Of a DNA stretch of 64,000 bases, positions 9,578-19,900 are shown in pieces. How positions within the stretch are numbered: position 1 is the stretch's first letter; every line of letters begins with the position of its first letter. The notes under the pieces are model-generated. The model worked only from the letters and a program-made list of their open reading frames with translations, was not told the origin of the DNA and searched no databases. Source of the DNA: Longimicrobiales bacterium (lineage in GTDB: Bacteria > Gemmatimonadota > Gemmatimonadetes > Longimicrobiales > RSA9). The stretch covers positions 39,790 through 103,789 of the forward strand of contig DATKBW010000049.1 of NCBI GenBank assembly GCA_035513575.1, written 5' to 3'. A program made the position numbers and the translations under genes.

Positions 9578-9674
9578 TCCCACCTCCTCCCCTCGTCCGG
9601 CCTCGACCGTTGCGACCGGACCTCGTCACCCTATGCCGGGCGAGCTACCGCGGCCAGTCGGGAGATCCCCCATC

Positions 9675-11108
9675 TCACGGCTGCCGGAGGTTCGCCCGAC
9701 GCAGCACGCGGCCGCCGCGCACCACCAGGTCCACTTGCCGGACGTTCCGGATGTCGGCCAGCGGATCCGCGTCCAGGACGACGAGATCCCCCACCTTCCC
9801 GCGCTCCACCGTCCCGATGGCATCCCCGCGTCCCATGGCGGCCGCGGCGGTCCGCGTGGACGCCACCAGCACCTCCATGGGCGTCATCCCCGCCGCCTGC
9901 ATCGCCTCCATCTCCAGGTAGACGGAGGGCCCGGCCAGCGTGAGAGGGTTGCCCGCATCCGTCCCCATGGCCACCGGGATCCCGGCGGCCCGGACACGCA
10001 GCAGGTTCTCGGCCATGATGACGCTTCGACGCTCTCCCGCGGCGCGCATCCGCTGGCGGTCCGCCGCCGGGCCACCCGGGAGGGAGTCGGTGAGGAAGGC
10101 TTTGGCCCGCGTCTCCGGATCCACGCACGCGAGCTCGTCGCCGTACGCCCCTTCGTCGAAATCCCGCGCCGCCAGCTGGGCGTAGCCCTCGTGGACGATC
10201 AGCGTCGGCGTGTAGATCGTCCCCGCCGCCCTGGCCAGGTCGAGGAACTCCTGGTCGACCGCCTCCTCGTAGACGCTGTGGACCAGCACGTCCGCCCCCG
10301 CCCGCACCGCCACCTTCGCCTGCCAGAGCCCGGTCGCGTGAACCAGGAACGGAAGCCCCCATTCGTCCGCGAGCCGCCCCGCCAGCATCACGCGGTGCTC
10401 CCACCCGGCCGCATCAGCCGACGACTCGCCGTGCAGGAACCACACTTTCAGCGCGTCGCTCCCGTTCAGCGCCACGTACCGCGCCCCCGCTTCCACGGCC
10501 GAGTCGGTCGCGATGTGGATGAACTGCCGCTCACCCGGGAGGTTCAGCCAGTGGTCCGCCGTGGACAGGAGCGGCCCGGCCGCCGCCACGTGCGGGGCCT
10601 CGTCCGTCCACGCCGCGTCCTCCCGCATCGACCACGTCCAGGGGAAGCCCCCCACATCGAAGACCGCCGTAACCCCGGAACAGAGGTAGGCGCGGTGGTA
10701 CCGCCACGGGTCCAGCCGGTTCGCCGCGACGGTGGAGTCGTACGGGAACCGCTCCCGCAGGTCCAGGGCGTCCGGCCGCCCATCCGCGAACCCCGTCTGG
10801 GAATAGTGCACGTGCGCATCGATCAGCCCCGGGATCACCCACTTCCCCCGGGCATCCACCACCGCCGCGTCACCCGGAACGGCGCAGCCCGCCACCGGTC
10901 CGACGCACTCGATCCGGCCGTCGCGGATCACGATCACCGAGCCGGGCACCGGGGCACCTCCCGTCCCGTCGACGAGCGTCCCCCCGATCACCGCAACCGC
11001 GCCCGTCCCCTCCGGGGCACCAACCGCCGTCACCGGCTCCTGTCCCGCCACGCCTCCGGGAGTCCAGGTGACGGCCAGTGCGAGAAGGAACGGCCAGGAC
11101 GATCTCAT
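9675..11108 (-). CDS. Amidohydrolase-family metallo-hydrolase, secreted
   Basis: GLIDAHVHY metal-binding motif and a C-terminal GTDAGN...GDLVVLD pattern. Start set at the internal ATG giving signal peptide MRSSWPFLLALAVTW. Confidence 0.8.
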   Translation of the reverse strand: MRSSWPFLLALAVTWTPGGVAGQEPVTAVGAPEGTGAVAVIGGTLVDGTGGAPVPGSVIVIRDGRIECVGPVAGCAVPGDAAVVDARGKWVIPGLIDAHVHYSQTGFADGRPDALDLRERFPYDSTVAANRLDPWRYHRAYLCSGVTAVFDVGGFPWTWSMREDAAWTDEAPHVAAAGPLLSTADHWLNLPGERQFIHIATDSAVEAGARYVALNGSDALKVWFLHGESSADAAGWEHRVMLAGRLADEWGLPFLVHATGLWQAKVAVRAGADVLVHSVYEEAVDQEFLDLARAAGTIYTPTLIVHEGYAQLAARDFDEGAYGDELACVDPETRAKAFLTDSLPGGPAADRQRMRAAGERRSVIMAENLLRVRAAGIPVAMGTDAGNPLTLAGPSVYLEMEAMQAAGMTPMEVLVASTRTAAAAMGRGDAIGTVERGKVGDLVVLDADPLADIRNVRQVDLVVRGGRVLRRANLRQP

Positions 11109-11354
11109 GCGTGCCTCCGGTCGGGGGTTTCCCCCCAAGCTGATCCCCCGCTCCGCACCGGGCAACCGCCTCGCTGTCCGCATCCGGAACGGCGCATCCC
11201 GGCTCCGCACCTTCCCGTGCCCCGCCGTCGACCGCGCCAATTCCCCGCAAGTGCCTGGGATGCGCGGACGTCGACACTCCTCGTCACGCGTGGCACGCTC
11301 CGTTCGTTCAGCGTACGTGGATTTTCGTGACCCGCCACACCGGAGAGCCCCGAC

Positions 11355-11798
11355 ATGCGACGCCGCGCCGCTGCCTCAATGCTCGCCATCCCCCTCTTCA
11401 TCTTCGACGCCTGGGGCGCCGAAGCCGGTCCCCCTTCCACCGACGAGATCGCCGTGCGCGCGGTGGTGCAGGGGTATTTCGACGGGATGATGGAGGGCAG
11501 CCCCGAGAAGCTCCGTGGGGCCTTCCATCCCGAAGCCTATCTGATCGGGCAGGGCCGGACCGGCCAGATCACCCGCATCCCCTTCGAGCGCTGGTGCGCG
11601 GGGATGAGCCGGGCCATGGAGAATCCGAAGGCGTATCGGAACGAGATCGCGGCCGTCGACATCTCCGGAAACGCCGCCATGGTGAAGACGGTCCTCACGT
11701 GGCCGACGGTGAAGTACGTGGACTACCTGTCGCTCCTGAAGGACGGAGAAGGGAACTGGCAGATCGTGAACAAGATCTGGGACGCATCACGCCCGTGA
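11355..11798 (+). CDS. NTF2-like (putative lumazine-binding / SnoaL-like) small secreted protein
   Basis: 147 aa with a signal peptide. AVVQGYFDGMMEGSPEKLRGAFHPEA...VDYLSLLKDGEGNWQIVNK is typical of the NTF2-like lumazine_bd_2 family (from memory). Confidence 0.6.
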   Translation: MRRRAAASMLAIPLFIFDAWGAEAGPPSTDEIAVRAVVQGYFDGMMEGSPEKLRGAFHPEAYLIGQGRTGQITRIPFERWCAGMSRAMENPKAYRNEIAAVDISGNAAMVKTVLTWPTVKYVDYLSLLKDGEGNWQIVNKIWDASRP

Positions 11799-11876
11799 GG
11801 GCCTCGTCGGTTCACTCTCTATCGCTCACGACGGCGAACTCGGCGTCGGCACTCGGCACCGCCGCGCGCCGTCCAA

Positions 11877-13649
11877 TCACTGGCCGAGGGCGTCCCGCAC
11901 GCGGGCGGACAACTGGTCCGGCGTGTAGGGTTTGGGGAGGAAGTTCCGTCCGTTCTCCGGGACCCCGTCGAGGGCGAGCATCTGCTCCGCGTAGCCGGAT
12001 GTGAGAAGGACCCGGATGCCCGGCCGTATCCTTTTCACGCGCTCCACGACTTCATCCCCCGTTAGGTCCGGCATGACCGCATCACAGAACAGCAGGTGGA
12101 TGTCCGTGGGATGTTCGCGCGCGATGCGCACGGCCTCCCGGCCCCGGCTCGCCGTGAGCACGCTGTAGCCGCGGCGCTCCAGGACCTTCCGGGCGAGCGA
12201 CAGCACCGCTTCCTCGTCCTCCGCCACCAGGACCGTCCCGGTCCCGCTCGCGCCCGACGCGACCACGACCGCGGCCTTCTCCACCGCTTCGACTTCCTGC
12301 TGGGAGCGCGGGAGGTAGACCATGAAGGTCGTCCCGAGCCCCGGGTCGGTTTCCACCCAGATGTAGCCCCGGGCCTGCTTCACGATGCCGTACGCCGTGG
12401 AGAGGCCCAGGCCGGTGCCGACGCCGGGCGGCTTCGTCGTGAAGAACGGCTCGAAGATGTGGCGCGCGACCGACGGCTCCATGCCGCTGCCGGTGTCCGA
12501 GACCATCAGGAGGGTGTAGGGGCCCGGTATCACGCGGTACGGGTAGGCGGCGGCCTGGGCCTCCGAGATGGTTTCGTCGCTGGTCCGGATCACGATGCGG
12601 CCGACCCCGGGGATCGCGTCCCGTGCGTTCACCACCAGGTTCATCAGCACCTGCTCGACCTGGCCGGGATCCGCGAGCACGGTGCCGAGCCGGGGCGCGA
12701 GGACGGTTTCGAGCTCGATCGTCTCCCCGATCATCCGACGGAGCAGCCTCTCCATCTCCTGCACCAGCGCGTTCAGGTCCAGCGGGCGCGGCTGGACAAT
12801 GCTCTGCCGGCTGAAGGCCAGCAGCTGGCGGGTCAGCGCGGCGGCGCGATCCGAGGATCGGGCGATCTCCCCCAGGTCCTCTCGCAGCTCCTCCCCGCAG
12901 GCGGGGTCCGCCAGGAGGAGCTCCGTGTGCCCCTTGATCGCCGTCAGCAGGTTGTTGAAGTCGTGCGCCACACCGCCCGCGAGCCGCCCCACCGCCTCCA
13001 TCTTCTGCGCCTGCCGCAGCTGCTCCTCCAGCCGCTCACGCTCCCGCTCCGCTTCCTTCTTCTGCGTCACGTCCCCGATCACCGCCATAATGCCTTCGAT
13101 CAGTCCCGCGCGGTCCCGCACCGGCGCCGCGGACACACTGACGTCCAGCACCCGCCCGTCCTTCGTGAGCCGCCTCGATTCCACGCCCGTGAGAGACTCT
13201 CCATCGAGCACGCGCCGCCGCATCGCCGAGAACGCTTCCGCGCCCGAGACCGGAACGCTCGGGTACACGCCGCCGAGCACTTCCCCCGCGCTCCACCCGA
13301 ATACCCGCTCCGCGGCCTGGTTCCAGAGCGTGATCCGGCCCTCCTGGTCTCCCGCGATGATCGGCAGGGGCGAGGCGTCGATCAGCGCGTGCAGACGGCC
13401 TCGCGTCTCCACCAGCTTCGCTTCGGCCTCACGGAGGCAGCCCAGCGCGTCCCATGCGACGGCCGCGCCGTAAACCAGCAGCACGAGCCCCACGAAGCCG
13501 GTCGCCCAGAGGAGCACCCCTTCGGCGGCGCTGTACGGTGCGTCCACCAGGAGAAACACCAGGACGGCGTGGACCAGGAACAGGTTGCACAGGGCGATGA
13601 GCAGCAGGAGCGCGGTCTGAGGCGTCAGGACGCGCTGCGAGAGGCGCAT
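11877..13649 (-). CDS. Hybrid sensor histidine kinase (TM-PAS-HisKA-HATPase-receiver)
   Basis: N-terminal TM helices, PAS (ITLWNQAAERVFGW), H-box VAHDFNNLL, ATPase G-boxes (DTGSGM, GTGLGLS), and a C-terminal receiver (VLVAEDEE...LLFCDAVMPDLTG). Confidence 0.92.
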   Translation of the reverse strand: MRLSQRVLTPQTALLLLIALCNLFLVHAVLVFLLVDAPYSAAEGVLLWATGFVGLVLLVYGAAVAWDALGCLREAEAKLVETRGRLHALIDASPLPIIAGDQEGRITLWNQAAERVFGWSAGEVLGGVYPSVPVSGAEAFSAMRRRVLDGESLTGVESRRLTKDGRVLDVSVSAAPVRDRAGLIEGIMAVIGDVTQKKEAERERERLEEQLRQAQKMEAVGRLAGGVAHDFNNLLTAIKGHTELLLADPACGEELREDLGEIARSSDRAAALTRQLLAFSRQSIVQPRPLDLNALVQEMERLLRRMIGETIELETVLAPRLGTVLADPGQVEQVLMNLVVNARDAIPGVGRIVIRTSDETISEAQAAAYPYRVIPGPYTLLMVSDTGSGMEPSVARHIFEPFFTTKPPGVGTGLGLSTAYGIVKQARGYIWVETDPGLGTTFMVYLPRSQQEVEAVEKAAVVVASGASGTGTVLVAEDEEAVLSLARKVLERRGYSVLTASRGREAVRIAREHPTDIHLLFCDAVMPDLTGDEVVERVKRIRPGIRVLLTSGYAEQMLALDGVPENGRNFLPKPYTPDQLSARVRDALGQ

Positions 13650-13740
13650 CAGGGGCCATGCCCCGCGCTATAGGTGCGCATTCCCCTCAAGCTTCATTAG
13701 CCCCGGCCGGCGGAAAAGAACGGACCCCTGCACTTATTCG

Positions 13741-13771
13741 ATGCCGCTCGGAGCGAAAAGCTTACAGAAAA
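13741..13771. repeat. Copy 1 of a 31-nt intergenic motif ATGCCGCTCGGA(G/C)CGAAAAGCTTACAG(A/G)AAA
   Basis: Near-identical to 38075-38105 (29/31 by hand alignment). Visible in the ORF track as MPLGAKSLQK versus MPLGPKSLQE, and on the other strand as CKLFAPSGI versus CKLFGPSGI. Confidence 0.8.
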
Positions 13772-13839
13772 ATTGGCGCCGCTGCCGGCAAGCGTCGCCG
13801 GGGTCGCCGTTGTCGGGGGGTTCCTTTAGCTTGCGGGCA

Positions 13840-16800
13840 ATGGCAGAAACACCCGCCCCGGCGGTGCTCCGGTCCCTCCGGACCGCCACGGCGCAGCACC
13901 CGCTGGACCGCAAGCTCCTCCTGTGCAGGACCATCGGCGAGGGGCGCGAGCTCCTGCGGGCCCTGGTCTCCGGTGGCGAGTCCTGGCTCGCGTGGGACAT
14001 CAGCACGCCGCGCCGGCTGGCTCTCGAGCTCGTGGGCCCCGACCTGGCGGCCGAAGACCTCGCCCTCGCTGACGACTTCGACCAGGAGGCCGCCGTGGAG
14101 TGGGCCCTCCACGAGGCCCTCCTCGACGCGCCCTCGTCGCCCCTTGCCCGCCTCGCCGAGATGCCCGGGTTCCGGGAGGCCGTCGCGGGTGCGGTCCGCG
14201 AGCTCGGCCTGGCGGGGGTCGAGGGTGCGCGGCTGCGGCGGTCCGCCGCATCGAACCCGGCGCTCCGCGACCTGCTCGCCGAGGTCCTCGAAGGCCAGCG
14301 GCGGTGGCTCGCCGAAGCCGGTCTCGTGGCGGTCGCCGACGTCCTCGAGCGGGCGGCGGCGCGGGTGGACAGGGACGGGGCGGCTACGGCCCGGGCCGAC
14401 CTTCTCCATCTCCTGCCGGGGCTTTCCACCGCCGGCGCCACGGGCCGCCTCGTGGGGGCGCTCCGGCGCGCCGGAGCCCGCGTGCTGGAGACGGACCCGG
14501 TGGCCGTGCCGGTGCCCGCCGGCGTGCTCTGGGAGGCCGTCGCGGAGCCCGCGCCGCTGACGGGTCTGCTCGGGGACGAGCCGGCCCGCGCGGCCGGCTC
14601 GGAGCCGCTCGAGCTCTTCGCCGCGTCCGGCCCGGCAGAGGAAGTCCGCGAGGTGCTGCGCCGGGTGCTGGCGGCCGGTCTGTCGTGGGACGAGGTGGAG
14701 ATCATCGCGACGGACCCGGTCGTGTACGGGGGCGCGCTGCACGCGCTGGGGCAGCGCCTCGAGGTGCCCATCAGCTTCGCGGTCGGGCTGCCGGTGGAGC
14801 GCACGCGGACCGGGCGTGCCGCGGCCGCGTACTTCCGGTGGATCCGGGAGGGCTACCCGGCCTCGGAGATCCGGCGCCTCCTGGAGGCCGAGGACCTCCG
14901 GCCGCCGGGGTACACCCGTTCCCTGACGGGTCTGGCGCGCCGGCTGCGGGGGCTGGGGGTCGGGTGGGGCCACGGCCGGTATCTCCCCGCCCTGGACCGC
15001 GCCGACGCGGCGCGCAACCGGCCCCGGCGGAACGAATCGGAGGCCGAGTGGGCGGAACGCGTCGCCCGGGACCGCGAGGAGCTGAGGGCGCTCCGGTCCC
15101 TGCTCGAGCCGCTGATCGCCAGCACGCCGGCCGTGGACCTGGACGACCCGGCCGCCCGGGTGTCGCCGGCGGCCATCGCGGCCGGTCTCCGCCGGTTCCT
15201 CGAGCTCGTCCCCACGGCGGATGCGCCGTCCGCCACGGCCCGGGATCGCTTCATCGGCATCGCCGATCGGATCGCCGCGCGACTCACCCGGGAGATGTCA
15301 CCGGCGGCGGCGCTGGCTGCGGTCCGGCGGCACCTCCGGATCCGCGTTCCCGCACCGGACCGCGAGGGTGCGGCGCCCTGGGTCTCGTCCGGGGGACACA
15401 TCCACCTCAGCGATGTGGAGCACGGCGGGCTCACCGGCCGGAGGGTGACCTTCGTCGTGGGCCTCGATGCCGAGCGCTTCCCGGGCGCCGGGCTCCAGGA
15501 CCCGCTGCTCCTGGACTCGCAGCGCCGGGATCTGGACCCGGTCGCGCTGCCCACGTCCGCCGACCGCATCGCCGCCAGGCGCTTCGCCCTGGCCGCCGCC
15601 CTCGCCCGCCTCCGCGGCCGGGTCACCCTCTCCTACAGCGCGTGGGACCCCGTCGAGGCGCGGCACGTCGCGCCCTCGCCCGTCATGCTCCACGCCTTCC
15701 GGGCGGCCGCCGCCGACCCCGCCGCGTCCTTCGAGGACATGGCCGCCGCGCTCGGGCAGCCCGCCTCCGCCATCCCCCGGGCCGGCAACCTCGACGACGC
15801 CGACGTCTGGTTTTCCGCGCTCCATCGCGACGGCATCCTCCGGGACGGGACCGCCGCGGTTCGACAGGCCTTCCCCGCCCTCGCCGCGGGCACCGACGCC
15901 ATGGCGGCGCTCGCCGGTGACCAGGCCACGCCGCACCACGGGAAGCTCCGCCCCCGCCCCGGGCTGGACCCGCGCGACAGCCCGGACCTGATCCTTTCCG
16001 CCAGCGGCCTGGAAGACCTCGGCACCTGCGCTCTCCGGTACTTCTTCAAGTACGTCCTCCGCGTGCGCCCGCCGGACGACCCCGAGCCGGACCCCGACCG
16101 CTGGCTCGATCCGCTTCGCCGGGGGAGCCTCCTCCACGCGGTGTTCGAGCGCACGCTGCGGGAGGCGCGGGAACGCGGGGTGCGCGCGGGAGCGACGGAG
16201 TTCGAGGAGCACGCGCTGGGCGTCCTGGCGGCGGAGGCCGCCATGCTGCGCCGGGAAGTCCCGGTGCCGGGGGAGGCGGTCCTCGCGCGAGAGATGGTCG
16301 TCCTGCGGGAGGACGTGCGGTCGTTCGTCGCCATGGTGGAGGGGGTGGACGAGCGGTGGGAAGCGCTTGAGCTACGGTTCGGGCTCGCGGACGACCCGCC
16401 CGCGGAGCTCCGGCTGAAGGGGGGAACGGTCCGGCTCCGCGGCGCCATCGACCGGGTGGACCGGAGTCCGGACGGGGGGCTGGTCGTCGTCGACTACAAG
16501 ACCGGGTCGACGACGCGCCACGAGCGGAGCAAGGGGCAGGGTCTGTTCCACGGCGGGCGTCGGCTCCAGAACGTGGTCTACACGGCGGCCGCCGAAGCCA
16601 TCCTCCAGGACCGGGTCGAGCGCATGGAATACCACTTCCCGACTCGCGCCGGCCGCAACGAGGTCATCGGCTACAGCCGGGCGGAGACGCGCCGCGGCCT
16701 CGGGCTCCTCTCCCGGCTTCTCGACATGGTCCGCGCCGGCCGATTCCTGCCGACACCGCAGGGCGACGACTGCACGTTCTGCGATTTCCAGGCGATCTGC

Positions 16801-16947
16801 CGCCACCGTTCCGAGGGCTTTACCTCCCATACACCGCTGGCGGACTGGGCCGCTGCCCGGCTCGGGGAGCTGGAGGACTACGCCGACCTGAGGGATGTCC
16901 GCGCCTGGGAAGACCTCCTGCTCGGGGAGCTGGATGCCGATGCGTAG
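13840..16947 (+). CDS. addB: AddB-type PD-(D/E)XK nuclease subunit of a helicase-nuclease complex
   Basis: About 1035 aa. C-terminal nuclease motif (LVVVDYKTG) followed by an Fe-S cysteine cluster (DDCTFCDFQAIC). 14-nt overlap with the downstream UvrD-type subunit. Start set at ATG 13840; the 13741 ATG lies inside a repeated DNA motif. Confidence 0.8.
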   Translation: MAETPAPAVLRSLRTATAQHPLDRKLLLCRTIGEGRELLRALVSGGESWLAWDISTPRRLALELVGPDLAAEDLALADDFDQEAAVEWALHEALLDAPSSPLARLAEMPGFREAVAGAVRELGLAGVEGARLRRSAASNPALRDLLAEVLEGQRRWLAEAGLVAVADVLERAAARVDRDGAATARADLLHLLPGLSTAGATGRLVGALRRAGARVLETDPVAVPVPAGVLWEAVAEPAPLTGLLGDEPARAAGSEPLELFAASGPAEEVREVLRRVLAAGLSWDEVEIIATDPVVYGGALHALGQRLEVPISFAVGLPVERTRTGRAAAAYFRWIREGYPASEIRRLLEAEDLRPPGYTRSLTGLARRLRGLGVGWGHGRYLPALDRADAARNRPRRNESEAEWAERVARDREELRALRSLLEPLIASTPAVDLDDPAARVSPAAIAAGLRRFLELVPTADAPSATARDRFIGIADRIAARLTREMSPAAALAAVRRHLRIRVPAPDREGAAPWVSSGGHIHLSDVEHGGLTGRRVTFVVGLDAERFPGAGLQDPLLLDSQRRDLDPVALPTSADRIAARRFALAAALARLRGRVTLSYSAWDPVEARHVAPSPVMLHAFRAAAADPAASFEDMAAALGQPASAIPRAGNLDDADVWFSALHRDGILRDGTAAVRQAFPALAAGTDAMAALAGDQATPHHGKLRPRPGLDPRDSPDLILSASGLEDLGTCALRYFFKYVLRVRPPDDPEPDPDRWLDPLRRGSLLHAVFERTLREARERGVRAGATEFEEHALGVLAAEAAMLRREVPVPGEAVLAREMVVLREDVRSFVAMVEGVDERWEALELRFGLADDPPAELRLKGGTVRLRGAIDRVDRSPDGGLVVVDYKTGSTTRHERSKGQGLFHGGRRLQNVVYTAAAEAILQDRVERMEYHFPTRAGRNEVIGYSRAETRRGLGLLSRLLDMVRAGRFLPTPQGDDCTFCDFQAICRHRSEGFTSHTPLADWAAARLGELEDYADLRDVRAWEDLLLGELDADA

Positions 16948-19900
16948 GCGATCCGACGACCGGGACCAGCTCCCCCTCTTCGATGCCGGCCCGCCCCCGG
17001 CCACACCACCACCATCCCCCGGGCTCGTCGACGCGCCGCTGCCGGATGAGGCCGCCCGCGCGCGCATCCGGGAGGACCTCGGCACGAACCTCCTGGTGGA
17101 AGCCGGCGCCGGTTCCGGGAAGACCACCGCGCTGGTCGACCGCATGGTCGCCCTCGTCCTCTCCGACACCGCACCGGTCGACCGGATCGCCGCCGTCACC
17201 TTCACGCGCAAGGCCGCGGCAGAGCTCCAGCAGCGCTTCCAGGCCCGCCTCGAAGACGCCATCCGGGATGCCCGCCACGCGGGCGCCAGCGAGGAGGCCG
17301 CCCGCCTCGATCGCGCCCTTCGCGACATCCACCGCGCGTTCATCGGCACGATCCACTCGTTCTGCGCCCGCCTGCTCCGGGAGCGGCCCGTCGAGGCCGG
17401 GTTGGACCCCGGCTTCGAGGAGCTGCTCGGGGTGGAGGAGACACGGATGCGCCGCGCGTTCTGGCACGCGCACCTGGAGCGTCTCGCGGGCGCCGACCAC
17501 CCCCTCCTCGCCGAGCTGGCGGACATCGGGCTCGCCCCCTCCCGCCTCCAGGGCCTCTTCGACGCCCTCGTCGCCAATCCCGACGTGGACTTCCCCTCCG
17601 AGCCGGTCGCCGCCCCCGCGGCCGACGAGGTGGCCGCCGTCCGCGGTCGTCTCGACGCCCTCATCGATCGCGGCCTCGCCATGCTCCCCGCCGAGCCCGA
17701 CCCCAGGGGGTGGGACGAGCTGCAGAGCCGCATCCGGCTCCTCGCCTTCCTCCGACGCGTGGTCCGCTGGTCCGACCGCGCGGATTTTCTCGATATCCTC
17801 GGGGAGGAAGTGGTCGGACGGAGCTACAGGGTGGTCCAGAAGCGCTGGCCGGACGGTGCCGCGGCGAAGGCGCTCGGGGAGGAATGGGGGGACCTGCGCG
17901 ATGGTGGCGCCGCCGCCGTCGTCGACCGGTGGTGGGCGCACCGCTACCCCATCGCCGTCCGCTTTGCCCGCGAGGCGGCCGAGGCGTTCGAGGCGGAGAG
18001 GATCCGCGGCGGACGGCTGAATTTCCAGGACCTCCTGATGCGCGCCGCCCGGCTGCTCCGCGAGCACGACGCGGCCCGGGATGAGCTGGGAGAACGCTAT
18101 CGTCGCCTGCTGGTGGACGAGTTCCAGGACACGGACCCGGTCCAGGCCGAGGTCCTCACGCTCCTCGCGGCCCCGCCGGACGGCAGGAGGTGGCAGGACG
18201 CGACGCCGCGGCCGGGTGCCCTCTTCGTCGTGGGGGACCCCAAGCAGTCCATCTATCGCTTCCGACGCGCCGACATCGCCGTCTACAACCTCGTCCGCGA
18301 GCGGTTCCAGGATTTTGGCGACGTGCTCGGGCTGGTCGCCAACTTCCGGTCCCTCCCCCCCTTTGGCGCGCTGGTGCAGGACGTCTTCGCGAGGCCGGAT
18401 CGCTTCGCCGGCCGGGCCACGCGCCACCAGGCGGCGTTCGCGCCCCTGCGCACCCGCCGGGCCGCGGATCCCGCGCGGCAGCGCATCGGGCAGTACTACA
18501 TCGACCCGGAAGGCCGTTCCCACGTCGCCGTGGCCGCCGATGACGCCGCGCGTCTCGCTCCCTGGATCGCCGGGGAGATCGCGGCGGGGCGACGCCGCCC
18601 CGAGGACTTCCTGATCCTCGCGCGGCAGAAGGCCGGGCTGGCGACGTACGCCCGGGCCCTGGAGGGCTGGCGCGTGCCGGTCCAGGTCACGGGGGCCGGC
18701 GTCGAACAGGCCGAGGAGCTGACGGAGCTCCTGGTGCTCCTCGAGGCGCTGGCCGACCCGACCGATCCCGTGAAGGTCGTGGCCGCCCTCGCGGGGCTCT
18801 TCTTCGGCCTCGATCTCGATGCGCTGCTCGCGTGGTCCCGCGGCGAGGACCTGCCCGCGGGAGAGGCCGCGCCCGGTCGCTGGTTCGACATGACCCGTCC
18901 TCATGCCGGGGATCCGACCCCCGTGGGGCGGGCGCTCGCGACCCTGCACCGCTGGTGGAGCGAGTCGCGGACCACCCCGGCCGACGTGCTGGTCGGTCGC
19001 GTCATGGACGAGGTGGGGCTCGTCCCGCTCGCCGCGTCACGGGACCTCGGCGAGCTACGGGCGGGGTCCCTCCTTTTCGCTCTCGACTCCCTCCGCGTCG
19101 CGGCACTCCATGGCGACACCTCCATCCCCGCCGCCGTGGACGCGCTGCGCGCCGCCCTGGAGTCCGACGAGGCCGAAGCGCCGCTGGAGCCGATTCGCCG
19201 CGGCGCCGCGCGCGTCATGACCCTGCACCAGGCGAAAGGGCTCGAGGCACCGGTGGTGATCCTCGCCCATCCCGTCGGCCAGCGCGAGCACGACATCACG
19301 AGCCACATCGAGCGGCGCGAGGACGGGTCGGCCGTCGGCCACCTCGTCGTCCAGGAGCGCGCGGGCTTCCATCGCGTCCGGACTCTCGCCCGGCCGAAAG
19401 GGTGGGAGGAAAAGGAAGAGGAGGAGCGGCGCTACGAGCGCGCGGAGGAGGAGCGGCTGCTGTACGTGGCGGCGACGCGGGCCCGGGACTCGCTCCTGGT
19501 CTCCCGCAAGGCGCGGGACGAGGCCCGCTCGCCGTGGCGGGGGCTCTACGACTGGATGGACGGCAACGGCGAGCTGGTTCAGCTCGAGCCGGCACCCACC
19601 CCGGAGCGGGAGCAGGTGGAGCGGAGCGCCCGGGAGCTGACCGACGACGCCGCCCTTCTCGCGGACCGACGGCGCCGGGCGGCTTCCCCCAGGTACGTGG
19701 TCCGGAGCGTCACCGCCCTGGCCAGGGCGGCCACGGCGGAACCATCCGGTGAGGATCTATCGAGCCGTGAGGCGGACGGGGGGAGGCCGGCCGACCCCGG
19801 CGACGGACCCGACCCGGCGTTCCGGGGCCTCTCCTGGGGCAGCGCTGTCCACGGCGCGCTGGATGCCGGGGCCCGTGGCGCATCCGGGGACGCCCTCCGG

